In this document: positions 19,104 through 29,271 of the stretch, piece after piece
Layout of the letters: every line of letters starts with the position of its first letter
How positions within the stretch are numbered: the first letter of the stretch is position 1
IMG/VR virus record: IMGVR_UViG_3300046408_000009
Coordinates: 1-64,000 of that record
Reading direction: 5' to 3' (one strand)
DNA from: a virus
Lineage: Duplodnaviria > Caudoviricetes
Length of the DNA stretch: 64,000 nt
Translations under genes and position numbers: made by a program
The notes under the pieces: model-generated
What the model saw: the letters and a program-made list of their open reading frames with translations, nothing else
Told to the model about the DNA's origin: nothing
The model's database searches: none

Positions 19104-20570
19104 TTAGACAGTCTGAGTGACGTTGTACGATGCGACTTCGAAGAATACAGTTTCGGCATCGGGTGCCGGAACTACGCCAACTGCGACGATAAGATTCCTG
19201 CCCGCGACGGACGCTGGAGTGTTGACATCAGCCCCCGCATCAACTGAGTACGCCTGAGCGGACGTGGCACCGTACAACGCACCTATCTGGTAGTAATCCA
19301 GCAACATGCCCGACACCATGTTGGCGTAAATCTGCGCACGATGACCGTTGCCGTCGATCTGAGCGAACAGTTGCTGTTGGCCGATTAGGTACCCGTTATA
19401 CTTGATAGCCATCAACAAACGAACCGCGTTTGCCATAATCAGTACGGGGTTGTTTGCAGGATTCAATAATGTACGGAACCCGAATAGACGCTCAGTGTTG
19501 AACATGTAACGGAAGGGGTTAATGCCCGCCGCGACCAGTGCAGTTGTTTGCGCGTCGGTCCAGTCAACCTGCGTCTTGCCCAGTGCGTAACTTGCAATGC
19601 CATTGGGACCAGCCGCCGCAAGGTTGGGGTTGCTGGGATTCTGCGACCGGTCACTGGTCGCAATAAGAGCGGCTACGATTGCGGACGGTGGAACAGTTCG
19701 AGTAGTCCCCGGCACGATACCAGGGATGATTTGCCAGTCCGCAATGAACATCCCCGCGCCCAACGCACCACTAGATACGTTCGTATCCGCTTGCGCAGCC
19801 GCCGCCGCCGTTGTCAAAGTTGACTGCGATGCCGTATCCACTGCGTCGAGAAGTGCAAATCGGTTGTTGGTGAATGCGTGGTTGAGCAGCCCTGCGTACA
19901 CCGCTTCCGTGGTGTGGCCGGGGATCGCAACCTGACCCGGCCCAAGACCCCAAGGAATGAGTGCAAGCGCGGCCACGCGCAACGAATCGGTAACTGCCGA
20001 GTGGTTGTCCGCTCCACCCGTTAACGCTTGGGCCGCATGGTTGGCCGGTGCATTCGTGCCCGCCGCCACAACACGAATCAGTGTCGTGTTCAGTGACCAG
20101 TTGACCGCATCAGTCTCCGTAAAGAGGTCGGGCGACTGCAGTGTCGACCCATCAGGCAGTCCAGTGATCACGATGTTGTACGAACTGGCTGCAACACCCG
20201 ACACGATGGCCGCAGATAAACCACTGGCTGCAGCCCCAATCGAGTTGATCGTGATCGCCGGAGAAGCGCCAGAGTCATTGAACGTGACCGAGTCGAGTGT
20301 TGCGGACGCTCCTACCACGCGCATGACATAAATCTGTCCGCCGTTGGCTTCATTGAAAAAAGCGTCGCACCAGTCGTAGGCGTAACTCCACGATACGCGA
20401 GGCCCAAAGTTCATGATGAACTGATTCATCGAAGTGATCAGTACCGGCTTGTCGGTACGTCCCTGTGCCGTCACGTCGACAATGAATGCGGTGTCCGTGC
20501 TGGCCGGTGGTTGCTGGGAAGTAACTGAACCAATGGTGAGAAGATTTACACCCGGAGTGTTAGTTGGCAT
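19104..20570 (-). CDS. Tail sheath protein (contractile tail)
   Basis: TPGV N-terminus, NNRFALLD, VPPSAIVAALIA, GINPFR, LFGFRTL, VRLL, VGVVP..AE.V motifs. Confidence 0.93.
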   Translation of the reverse strand: MPTNTPGVNLLTIGSVTSQQPPASTDTAFIVDVTAQGRTDKPVLITSMNQFIMNFGPRVSWSYAYDWCDAFFNEANGGQIYVMRVVGASATLDSVTFNDSGASPAITINSIGAAASGLSAAIVSGVAASSYNIVITGLPDGSTLQSPDLFTETDAVNWSLNTTLIRVVAAGTNAPANHAAQALTGGADNHSAVTDSLRVAALALIPWGLGPGQVAIPGHTTEAVYAGLLNHAFTNNRFALLDAVDTASQSTLTTAAAAAQADTNVSSGALGAGMFIADWQIIPGIVPGTTRTVPPSAIVAALIATSDRSQNPSNPNLAAAGPNGIASYALGKTQVDWTDAQTTALVAAGINPFRYMFNTERLFGFRTLLNPANNPVLIMANAVRLLMAIKYNGYLIGQQQLFAQIDGNGHRAQIYANMVSGMLLDYYQIGALYGATSAQAYSVDAGADVNTPASVAGRNLIVAVGVVPAPDAETVFFEVASYNVTQTV

Positions 20571-20838
20571 TTCCTGCTCCTGTTAGTGGGACAGTCGGGG
20601 TCGTCGTAGTCGTTGTTGAGGTGACTGGAGTCGGCTGTTCGACTTCACCACTTTTGGTGCGAGGAGAACTAGTCGGTGTCTTGGTGAGCACTGTAAGGTG
20701 ACCGTCTAGGATCGCTTGCGCATTGACAGAATCATCGAGATCGATGTCCTCCGCCCACTCGCGAGGTCCGATGGTGATCCCATCGGGGTGAAGACTGATG
20801 GGGTGAGACGAAGTGCAGAGAACGATTCCGCGTGCCAT
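20560..20838 (-). CDS. Hypothetical virion-module protein
   Basis: 92-aa ORF overlapping its neighbours; Thr-rich tail. Confidence 0.65.
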   Translation of the reverse strand: MARGIVLCTSSHPISLHPDGITIGPREWAEDIDLDDSVNAQAILDGHLTVLTKTPTSSPRTKSGEVEQPTPVTSTTTTTTPTVPLTGAGNAN

Positions 20839-21492
20839 CTATGACTCCTGACCTGGTTGCGATGCTGTGACCGTCATTGACGGGTACTCTACCACAGGCC
20901 AACCAGTTGGCGGGTTGCCATTCGAAAGAGGCGTCAGTGGGCCACCTAATGCACTGGCGAAGTTATCGATAGTGAACGTGAACTCCAGTTCACCAATGGC
21001 CAGCGTTCGTTGATCTGCCGGTCGAATAAAGTTTCCGGTGTACTGTTCTTTGTTCCACGTCACTCCCGATGCGATACCGCCGAGTGAACTTTTTTGCAAA
21101 AGAATCTGCCGTACTGCCGCACCATAGAGGCTCGCTAATTTTCGAGTCGTCTCCGTACCCTGACTGGAAACGGCTACCCCAATGGCTACATCAAGGTCAG
21201 CCGTGTATCGACCGTTACCCTGCTTGCGAGGCTTAGACGGAACCCCCGGCACGACGATGATGCACGTAGGCAACTGCTCCTCAACAAATTCTGAGATATC
21301 GAGTGACGACGGGAATGAATTAAAGTCTGGCAATGCCTCCCACTCAATCGAAGGATTTTGTTGGTCGTGCCGTGCCATCTCCGCGAGGTAGGTGGCACTC
21401 CATGTTTGGATCGTTGTGCGCACGGCGACTAACACATCATTCGTAGTGACGTATGACCCAAAAGAAATGGCCGGGTCCTGAACAATTGTCAC
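20839..21492 (-). CDS. Tail terminator / completion protein
   Basis: Position between neck and sheath genes; LPTCIIV motif. Confidence 0.65.
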   Translation of the reverse strand: MTIVQDPAISFGSYVTTNDVLVAVRTTIQTWSATYLAEMARHDQQNPSIEWEALPDFNSFPSSLDISEFVEEQLPTCIIVVPGVPSKPRKQGNGRYTADLDVAIGVAVSSQGTETTRKLASLYGAAVRQILLQKSSLGGIASGVTWNKEQYTGNFIRPADQRTLAIGELEFTFTIDNFASALGGPLTPLSNGNPPTGWPVVEYPSMTVTASQPGQES

Positions 21493-21977
21493 AACACCAC
21501 CTCACCCTTTTTATCGATGCCACCAATTACCCATGCCTGCAAAACCTTCACCATAGCGTTCTTTGTCTTTTCGTTAAGTTCTACGGGCTTACGCATTGGC
21601 ATATTGGTAGTACCTGTTTGGTGGTATTTTCCGTACGGAATGTCGGACGAGATTTCCACAAAATCTGGACCAATTTTTTCGTGCGAGAACTCAGCACCCG
21701 GAGTGGTCAGTGAGTTCATCATGGCACCGGTTCGCTGCAGCGTCAGGTTGCTGTGTCCATTGCGTATCTTCTCATCGATGGTGGCTTGCTTATCGGGGAC
21801 CCAACCGTGTGAGGCCCACGCGCCTTCTGATTCAAATTGACTTTTCTCTGATGCGTAAAACATCACGGCTATTTCTTTGAATGCCGGAGCCGCGTCAACG
21901 GCCCGTTCAGCCACGCGTAGGAGGCTACGTGAAATAGCCTTTTCGCCAAAAACAGTGAGGTTAATTTCTAATGGCAT
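21489..21977 (-). CDS. Virion morphogenesis protein (Mu gpG-like)
   Basis: LQRTGAMMNSL...YGKYHQTGTTNMPMRK motif. Confidence 0.85.
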   Translation of the reverse strand: MPLEINLTVFGEKAISRSLLRVAERAVDAAPAFKEIAVMFYASEKSQFESEGAWASHGWVPDKQATIDEKIRNGHSNLTLQRTGAMMNSLTTPGAEFSHEKIGPDFVEISSDIPYGKYHQTGTTNMPMRKPVELNEKTKNAMVKVLQAWVIGGIDKKGEVVL

Positions 21978-22756
21978 CAGAACCTGGGGTAGACCCAGTC
22001 CATGATGACTGGAGGTCCGTTGAATGCGCCAAAGGGTGCCATCGATTCGTCAGTCGGACGTTCTCCACCGAGACTGACGATGGCGTTCTGCAAACGCTTG
22101 AGTTTATCGTCATACTGTTTCTGCAATTGAGGGTACGGGGACCGACCAGAGTTGATTTGTTCTGGGTAGTATCCGAGTTCGACGTTGAGTGCAGCCCCAA
22201 TTGCCGTGAGATTCGCTGCTTGCAAATAGAGACTTGGTGGAACACTGGCTTCGGGACCGATGGCGTCCTGCACATCGGAAGCCGCTTGGTTGATAAGTCC
22301 CATCACGGCGGAGTCCGTGGGGTTCGTGTACGAATTGAACGTACCTACTAACTGACCATTTCTAGTATTGGTTCGAGCACGCAGAATTGCACCCACGTCA
22401 TCGACACCGGGGGACCATGGATAGACCGACCCTCGAATTTCGCTGACGTTCTGTTGAATGGTCTTCGTCATCTCCGCTTGACCGACTCCCGTGGATTTCC
22501 ACGTGATTTCGATATCGCTAATGAACCCAGTGGTGTCAATCTGGAACGAGTACTGGATCAGTGTTTCGAGGGGTGTCGTTACGGTTGTTCGATAGATATA
22601 CCCAAGTCCCGGCGTGGACGCACCCGTGTACGTGAATGGCCCGTACGACGCACCATTGGCGACATACGAGAAGGTGACAACGGTAGGGTCGACTGTTGCG
22701 CCCGCCGCAGTGAAACTGACTGTGCTAGTTTCCGGCGTCCCCGCTGTGTATCCCAT
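21977..22756 (-). CDS. Head-tail adaptor with N-terminal Ig-like domain
   Basis: C-terminal DDVGAILRART...GTF...TNPT...ELGYYPEQ adaptor pattern. Confidence 0.7.
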   Translation of the reverse strand: MGYTAGTPETSTVSFTAAGATVDPTVVTFSYVANGASYGPFTYTGASTPGLGYIYRTTVTTPLETLIQYSFQIDTTGFISDIEITWKSTGVGQAEMTKTIQQNVSEIRGSVYPWSPGVDDVGAILRARTNTRNGQLVGTFNSYTNPTDSAVMGLINQAASDVQDAIGPEASVPPSLYLQAANLTAIGAALNVELGYYPEQINSGRSPYPQLQKQYDDKLKRLQNAIVSLGGERPTDESMAPFGAFNGPPVIMDWVYPRF

Positions 22757-22762
22757 GATTTT

Positions 22763-25627
22763 TTACTGTACCACGATGACTGTTGAGTGGCGGTGGACTT
22801 CGCTCGCTTGCGTGACTGGAGTGTCTACGCTCACGATTTTGGTCGACGGATACTCCACAATAATGGCGGTCGATCCGGAACTCTGAGCACCGGTCACGCT
22901 CACATTGAATACGGCGCGAGGAGATGATGAGCCGAGAACAGTTACTGACCCGTTCACGATCACGGACACGACAGAATTTGCAATGACCGATGACAACACC
23001 GTAACCACTCCGCCCGCGCTAACGGTCGTTGTCACCACGGGGGAGGCAATCCCAAAGAGTGTGAGAGTCCCCGACGTTGAGATCGATGCAATTACTGCAG
23101 ATATCGCAATAGCGAACCTCGTGTTCACGGCAGTGACGGAGACCGACGCTTGAGTGGTAGTTGACACCGCTCCCACAGATGTGATGATTCCGTTAACGGT
23201 TACCGACGCAGCGGGTGATACGAGTGCTGCACCCAAGCGGATATCGACACCCGTGACTGAGACATTCGCCGTCGATGTCACTGACACCAATCCGATTGCG
23301 GACGCAACGGCGGTCGTTGCCACGGTCACGAGTCCGGTGGGTGAAGAGACACTGAGAAAAGACGCGGTCCCCGTAGTTGATACGGATGAGATTAAAGAAG
23401 GACTGACAACGCCAAATTTTGTTAGCACCCCAGGGACGTTGATAGTCACTGCTCCACTGGAGGAGACAACACCAAAGATTGTCAGCGTCCCACTGACGGA
23501 CACTCCAGTGGTCGCGGTCACCGACGCTGATCTGAAAAGGGTGAGAACTCCGTTGACCGTCACGGACGTGAGGGATGCTGGAGATGCAACGCCGAATCGA
23601 GTAACCACGCCGTTTGTTGATACTGAGGAAACAGCAGTGACACTCGAACTGCCAAGGACCGACACCACCCCCGCGATGACGACGGAACTTGTGCCGGTGG
23701 GGGACACGGTGCCAAGTACCGTTCCCTGTGGCGATGCCGATATGGACACTTGAGCAGTGGGTGCACTGACACCAAAGATCGTGAGGATACCGTTTGTGGT
23801 GACAGACGCTGCAGCGGATACGGCTACGGACTTGAGAAGAGTAAGTGTCCCCGAAACGCTCACGGATGCCGTTGACGCTGGTGCTGCAGAACCGTTAGCC
23901 GACGCGAGTCCATTAGTGCTGATGGATGACACTGCCGTGCTCGATGCTGAACCTACCGAGACCACCGTGCCCGTCGATGAGATGGATGATATTGCAGTTA
24001 CGGATGCTGATCCGTTCGCAATAACCACTCCGCCCGCCGTCACGCTAGTCAGTGATGACGGTGCCACGACAGCGAATCGAGTGACGATCCCCGCCGCGCT
24101 CACCGCAGCATTTGCAGAGGGGGACGAAATTGCAAATATGGTGACCACACCCGGTACGCTGACTGACGTCACCGCTGCGGGACTCGCCACACCTAACAAC
24201 GTCAAGATTGCCGTGACGTTCACGTTGACGGTTGCTGCCGGGGACACTACACCCAGTCGGGTCACGATCCCGTTCGTCGTAATGTTCGTCGTGCTAGTAG
24301 GCGCAGCGGTCCCAAGGACCGACACGACGCCTGATACCGACGACGAGGCAATCGCCGCTGGAGACACCGCCCCGAATCGTGTAACGATCCCATCGGTAGA
24401 GATCGACGTCAATGCTGCCGGTGAAACAGTGCCGAGAACGCTAACAACACCTGACGTCAATACCGACGCCAGTGCCGTTGGTGCACCCGAACCGAGAATC
24501 GCGGCTGCCCCGGTTGCAGAAATTGATGCGACTGATGATGGTGCAGCAACCCCAAAGATAGTGGCAACCCCCGCAACACTTATGGAGGCTACCGATGTCG
24601 GAGAAGCGACACCCAATTGAGTGACAATCCCCGTGACCGAAATGGACGACACTGCTGTCGGTGACGAGACTCCTAATTTCGTCACGATGCCAGCCGTAGA
24701 GATAGAAGCCACCGCCGCTGGTGCACCCGCGCCCACGACCGTCACAACTCCGGAGACGACTACGGATGCCGCTGGTGTCGGTGACGCCACTCCCAACTGA
24801 GTATCAATCCCTGTTGTCGTGACCGATGATTGTGCCGTAGGAGATACGATGCCAAAAGATGTGACGACTGCGCCGACACCTACGGATGCAACTGCCGCAG
24901 GGGATGCAATACCGGTTGAGTTAATATTGAGGGGTGCACCCCACTGAGTAGTGCCCCATTCTTGTGATCCCCAACCGACGAGAGATGAGACCGGTGGCAC
25001 AGCCTGGACAATGATGCCAGTCGATGTTGATGTTCCGGCCACTGATTGCACACCGGTTGGTTGATACGACGTGCTGGCAGAAAGCGTTCCATCGAACACG
25101 GCCATGTTGCCGTTAGCGTTTACCGTGGAGTACGTGAACCCCGTGGTGGAACCCGCAGAAGCCGTGTTTGCAACTACCGTCATGCCCCAGTACGACTGAT
25201 CGTTCCCCGTGGTGGATGTGAGATTAGGGAAGGTCACCGTTGACGAAGATGCATTTGTGATCATGCCACCAGTGACAATTGACCACGACGCCGGAGTACC
25301 GCCGCTCCACACCAACTCCGTTGACCAAATCTCGTTGCTGACACCCGTGGTCCCGCTGTATGTGACCGTGATCGTTTGACTACCGATTGCCGTTACGGGA
25401 CCCGACCACGTCGTCAGGTAGTGCGCATTGCCAACGCCAGTGGACAGAACGTTTTGCGTCCAGAGTGTTACTCCACCGCCCGACACTCCGGTGACGGTGA
25501 ATGACGCGGAAGATATTTTGATTGATACGACACGCAGGTCACCAATGGTGATATTGGTGACGGCGAGGGTGGCTAGGTTCGTGCCAAAATTATTTGCAAA
25601 GGCTCCAGCGGCCTGTTGGACTGGCAT
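22763..25627 (-). CDS. Large repeat fibre protein, about 34 tandem 20-aa repeats
   Basis: Ser/Thr/Val/Ala-rich; consensus roughly (S/A)Pxa(v)xS(v/i)s(v/t)xG(v/i)(v)txxG(v)x with an exact 20-aa period. Confidence 0.85.
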   Translation of the reverse strand: MPVQQAAGAFANNFGTNLATLAVTNITIGDLRVVSIKISSASFTVTGVSGGGVTLWTQNVLSTGVGNAHYLTTWSGPVTAIGSQTITVTYSGTTGVSNEIWSTELVWSGGTPASWSIVTGGMITNASSSTVTFPNLTSTTGNDQSYWGMTVVANTASAGSTTGFTYSTVNANGNMAVFDGTLSASTSYQPTGVQSVAGTSTSTGIIVQAVPPVSSLVGWGSQEWGTTQWGAPLNINSTGIASPAAVASVGVGAVVTSFGIVSPTAQSSVTTTGIDTQLGVASPTPAASVVVSGVVTVVGAGAPAAVASISTAGIVTKLGVSSPTAVSSISVTGIVTQLGVASPTSVASISVAGVATIFGVAAPSSVASISATGAAAILGSGAPTALASVLTSGVVSVLGTVSPAALTSISTDGIVTRFGAVSPAAIASSSVSGVVSVLGTAAPTSTTNITTNGIVTRLGVVSPAATVNVNVTAILTLLGVASPAAVTSVSVPGVVTIFAISSPSANAAVSAAGIVTRFAVVAPSSLTSVTAGGVVIANGSASVTAISSISSTGTVVSVGSASSTAVSSISTNGLASANGSAAPASTASVSVSGTLTLLKSVAVSAAASVTTNGILTIFGVSAPTAQVSISASPQGTVLGTVSPTGTSSVVIAGVVSVLGSSSVTAVSSVSTNGVVTRFGVASPASLTSVTVNGVLTLFRSASVTATTGVSVSGTLTIFGVVSSSGAVTINVPGVLTKFGVVSPSLISSVSTTGTASFLSVSSPTGLVTVATTAVASAIGLVSVTSTANVSVTGVDIRLGAALVSPAASVTVNGIITSVGAVSTTTQASVSVTAVNTRFAIAISAVIASISTSGTLTLFGIASPVVTTTVSAGGVVTVLSSVIANSVVSVIVNGSVTVLGSSSPRAVFNVSVTGAQSSGSTAIIVEYPSTKIVSVDTPVTQASEVHRHSTVIVVQ

Positions 25628-25630
25628 AAC

Positions 25631-27640
25631 TTACGCCAGTCGTTCTGCAGAGCACCACGCATTCATAACCGCTGACGCACCCGGCGTAATATCAACATGC
25701 AAATACGGCTGTGCAGCGGTTGAGTTGAACGTCGCCGTGGTACCCGGAACACCGGGAAGTGAACCGAGTCCCGTCACCGAGGTGAGTTGGTTTTGATAGA
25801 AGGCTAGACAGTTCGCGGTCGCCGTTGCACCAGTGGTTAGTACATTCACAACGATTACGAGCGTGGCTTGGTCCGCTGCCGCCGTGTTCGTCCCACTCGT
25901 AAATGTGGCAATCGTGGCGTCCGCCGTTGTCCCAGCGGTACCGAACTTCACGTCGGCTTTCCACGTCGCTACTCCCGCAGCAGTCTTCGCGATACCGATC
26001 TCGAAACGAAATCGAGTGAGGGTGGAAATTTCACCAGTCGCCAATCGGAACAATGATCCCGATACAATATTTGCAGAACTCGCCGTCATGGTGGCTGCTT
26101 GCTGGGTCGCGGTGGCCGGGGTTCCGATCCCCACCTCAGTGATCGCTGCCCACGTGCCCGGTGATCCGGCAGTAGTGCACACCCAGAAGTTGCCCGACGT
26201 ATCCACCACCCAGTCGCCTAAGGCGTAGGTTCCCGTCGTTGGAGGCCCACCGGTCGTACCACCCACGTAGCGGGTCACCGTGGTGGCACCAGTTAAACCC
26301 GTGGGTTCGAAGAGGGTCGCGAGCATTGGGCCACCCTCAACGAACGGTGTGTTGTAGATCGCCCCCGTGCCCGTGCCAAAGTTGTAATCGGTCACCCACA
26401 TCTGATTGTCGGGACCTACGCAAATCCCCACGCCGTCAAAGATGGAAGCGTTTTGGTACAACGTCTGCGCGTATGTTTGAACGTCGATGGCGATCATTCC
26501 AGCACCACCGGACGCAAAGTACATAGCGACCCACATGCGACCATCCGGTCCCGGCGTTGCCCGGTTGGGAGTGGAACTCGCAGTCAGGGTGATGGTTTTG
26601 ATGATCACACCGGTTAGCGGATCGATGACGTACATGGTGTTGACGTTGTTGCCATTGGCCCATAGGTAGCCGTCAGGTCCCGTAGTGATATTGACCAGGG
26701 TGGTGCTCGACAAACCGAAGTACGTAACGTTGCCCGTGATTGGGTTGTACCGATAGAGACCACCTGGTGCACCGCTGGCAACCGCCCAAATATTGTTGTC
26801 GGACCCCACGCACAACTGACTCAGAACCGCGCCAGTAAATCCCGTGTTGATCTGTGTCGCCGCGCCCGTCGAGAGCGTGATTTTCCAGAGTCCGTTGCCT
26901 GATGTGCTGTCACAGGCGTACGCGAATCCATCGGGACCCATGCAAATGTCGTGACACACCGCACCCGCAATGGTGTACTGGGTGGGCACTCCGGCGTAAG
27001 TGACTTTCCACACACCCGCGCCCGTAGTGCCATCCGACGCCCACATGTTGCCGTCAGAACCCGCAATGAGGTTCGTGATCTGAGCACTGGTCATGGCGTA
27101 GTTCGTTACCACCCCAGCGGGTGTGACCTTGCCAACGCCAAGTCCACTGTGCGCGTCACCAAACCACAAGTTCCCGTCGCGCATGACTGAGATACAACTG
27201 GGTGCAGAACTCGCTTGGGTCGTGACCTTGGTCCACGTCGTGCCAGGGAGGGACAAACTGTTGGACGGCGGCATGACCTGCAGCAAACCAGACGGTTGAG
27301 CAATCGGTTGACGAGTCGTCTTGAAAATCTCTTCGAGAATGAGAGATCGAATACTGCCCACCGTGGGCATGACCTTGATTGTCGACCCTGAACCAAACGT
27401 ATAGGCAGTCTGCACTCCGTTATATGGCTCTACTGCACGGGCACCAAACGTCACGGTTGATCCCGACAGACTTGCCACCAGTGCGATCTCGTAGTTCGTT
27501 CCGTCAGACAACAGCACTCGATACTGACTGTTCGGAAATCCCGTGTTCGAGGTCAGTACGCAGGTTGACTGTGTGGTCGACGTGATATAGGGGGAAGCAA
27601 TGGTTGTCCCGACACCATTAACTGGTGCTTCAATAGCCAT
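25631..27640 (-). CDS. Virion fibre/adhesin with Vgb/NHL-like beta-propeller
   Basis: Repeated I(t/c)xGPDGx(l/m)W blades between a phage fibre-type N-terminus and a Thr/Ala-rich C-terminus. Confidence 0.8.
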   Translation of the reverse strand: MAIEAPVNGVGTTIASPYITSTTQSTCVLTSNTGFPNSQYRVLLSDGTNYEIALVASLSGSTVTFGARAVEPYNGVQTAYTFGSGSTIKVMPTVGSIRSLILEEIFKTTRQPIAQPSGLLQVMPPSNSLSLPGTTWTKVTTQASSAPSCISVMRDGNLWFGDAHSGLGVGKVTPAGVVTNYAMTSAQITNLIAGSDGNMWASDGTTGAGVWKVTYAGVPTQYTIAGAVCHDICMGPDGFAYACDSTSGNGLWKITLSTGAATQINTGFTGAVLSQLCVGSDNNIWAVASGAPGGLYRYNPITGNVTYFGLSSTTLVNITTGPDGYLWANGNNVNTMYVIDPLTGVIIKTITLTASSTPNRATPGPDGRMWVAMYFASGGAGMIAIDVQTYAQTLYQNASIFDGVGICVGPDNQMWVTDYNFGTGTGAIYNTPFVEGGPMLATLFEPTGLTGATTVTRYVGGTTGGPPTTGTYALGDWVVDTSGNFWVCTTAGSPGTWAAITEVGIGTPATATQQAATMTASSANIVSGSLFRLATGEISTLTRFRFEIGIAKTAAGVATWKADVKFGTAGTTADATIATFTSGTNTAAADQATLVIVVNVLTTGATATANCLAFYQNQLTSVTGLGSLPGVPGTTATFNSTAAQPYLHVDITPGASAVMNAWCSAERLA

Positions 27641-27653
27641 GGCTATACCTCAA

Positions 27654-28853
27654 TCACACCGGGACGAATGCGGCGAATTGCTCCAGTTGAAACTTGATTG
27701 GGTTGGCGGCAGTGACGTTCGAGTCATTCGGCGTCGTGCCACTCTCAGTCTGCGATTGGAACGAGTAGAACATCGGGTGCACATCCGAGTGCGGATCGTT
27801 GGGGTCGGCACTCACGAGGGGTAATGTCGCAACGCGCGTGGTGACACCCTTAACGGTGAGATCGGTGGTGATGCCGTTGAGCGTCCAGGTGTGCACCCAC
27901 AGGCCCCAGTCCGTGAGGTCTAGCCCGGACTTCTGCGCCTGAATCTGTTGGTTCGCCGCGCCCGCGTGGACCGACTCCGTATTAGATGTGGCTGTCGTGG
28001 TCTCTTCAATGTCGTCTTCCGGTGGCCACGTATCGCCCATCAGCAACTGAATCATGAACCACAGCGGGTACGTGTCCTTGCGTACGACTGACCAAAACTG
28101 CGTGCCGATGGGGTAACGCGTCTGCGTCTGGATGCCACCACCGGCCCAGTTGTTTGCACCGGGGTCATTAGCGTTGGGGTCCTGATACACCTCAATCGTC
28201 AGAACCCCGTTGATCACCTTGCAGTGTGTCGCCATGAATCGTCCGCCACCGGGGTTCGAACCGCCGTCGTACGGTGTGGTCCAGAAGGAAGTATCGAGTC
28301 CGCCCTTGAAGTCGGTGCCGTGCTTGGTGAATCCGGCGAGCGATGCGGGAATGATTAGCCCGCTCGCGTACGTCGATGGCGGAGACGTGACCGGTGGGGT
28401 AGTAACGGGCGGAGTCGTCACGGGAGGTGTTGCCACAGGAGGTGTGCCGGTCATTACGACCGTAGCGTGCAGCAGAGTGCCACCAGGTTCCGTTGCAGTC
28501 AACACGTAGGTATCACCGGGTATCAGATTGTTGAACGTGAAACTACCGACCGTTGGTTGTCCCGTCAGTACACCAGTGTCCCACGCACCGCCGCCCGACG
28601 AATCCACACCGTCGCGTCCGATCTTGGTCGGGGAGAACCCGGACCAGTTGACGAGGACTTGGTTGGTACCCACCTGGGTCGCCGTAAATGTGGTGCTAGG
28701 TGGTACTGGAGGTGTCACCACGGGGTTGATGTTCGTGGCCCAATCAGCCGGTGCATACTCAGTCGGAATTGTGAGCGAGTACACGGTGTGTCCGTTGGTG
28801 CGTGCCACTGCTGCTTGTGCGGCAGTGACGGGAACGAGTGGAGTATTCGCCAT
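27654..28853 (-). CDS. FN3-like domain plus GH16-family glycoside hydrolase domain
   Basis: FN3-like N-terminal part, PPVTT linker repeats, WPPEDDIEE (ExDxxE) motif, WGLWVHTW. Confidence 0.7.
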   Translation of the reverse strand: MANTPLVPVTAAQAAVARTNGHTVYSLTIPTEYAPADWATNINPVVTPPVPPSTTFTATQVGTNQVLVNWSGFSPTKIGRDGVDSSGGGAWDTGVLTGQPTVGSFTFNNLIPGDTYVLTATEPGGTLLHATVVMTGTPPVATPPVTTPPVTTPPVTSPPSTYASGLIIPASLAGFTKHGTDFKGGLDTSFWTTPYDGGSNPGGGRFMATHCKVINGVLTIEVYQDPNANDPGANNWAGGGIQTQTRYPIGTQFWSVVRKDTYPLWFMIQLLMGDTWPPEDDIEETTTATSNTESVHAGAANQQIQAQKSGLDLTDWGLWVHTWTLNGITTDLTVKGVTTRVATLPLVSADPNDPHSDVHPMFYSFQSQTESGTTPNDSNVTAANPIKFQLEQFAAFVPV

Positions 28854-28855
28854 GG

Positions 28856-29269
28856 TTATGCCAGCGAGTTAGTGAGACTCGCACTCGCAACGGTGAATGT
28901 GTTACCTGACGCAACCACGATTGATCCTGACGACCATGGTGCCCAGAACAGTCGCAGAGGAGTGGCTGACGTGTCCCACTCCTCCATGCCGGTCAATGTG
29001 GTCGACGGCATGTTGGTCCACGACACGGCGGCGTTCGTGGCGACTGATCCCGCCGACGCAGCGGCAAAACTCAATGATGCGCCACCGGCTGTGTAGCCAC
29101 CGGAGGTGGTCAATTCGGTTCCGGTCGCGGCGTCAGTGCCGTTGACCGTGAAGAGACGCATGTGAATTGGTCCCGTGATGGTCTTGGTACCCACCGTCGC
29201 GGTTGACGAGTTGATAGCGAGTGCGGCAAGGATCGCCGTCGCCATTGTCTGATCGATTCCACCAGCCAT
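28856..29269 (-). CDS. Conserved virion structural protein
   Basis: HMRLFT...GTEL...GGY...NAAVSW...GMEEWD...SGNTFTV pattern common in phage head-decoration blocks. Confidence 0.75.
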   Translation of the reverse strand: MAGGIDQTMATAILAALAINSSTATVGTKTITGPIHMRLFTVNGTDAATGTELTTSGGYTAGGASLSFAAASAGSVATNAAVSWTNMPSTTLTGMEEWDTSATPLRLFWAPWSSGSIVVASGNTFTVASASLTNSLA

Positions 29270-29271
29270 GA

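Noticed and set aside
25631-27640. Antibiotic resistance gene vgb
   Set aside because: The propeller is embedded in a fibre architecture within the virion operon; lyase catalytic residues could not be confirmed by eye.
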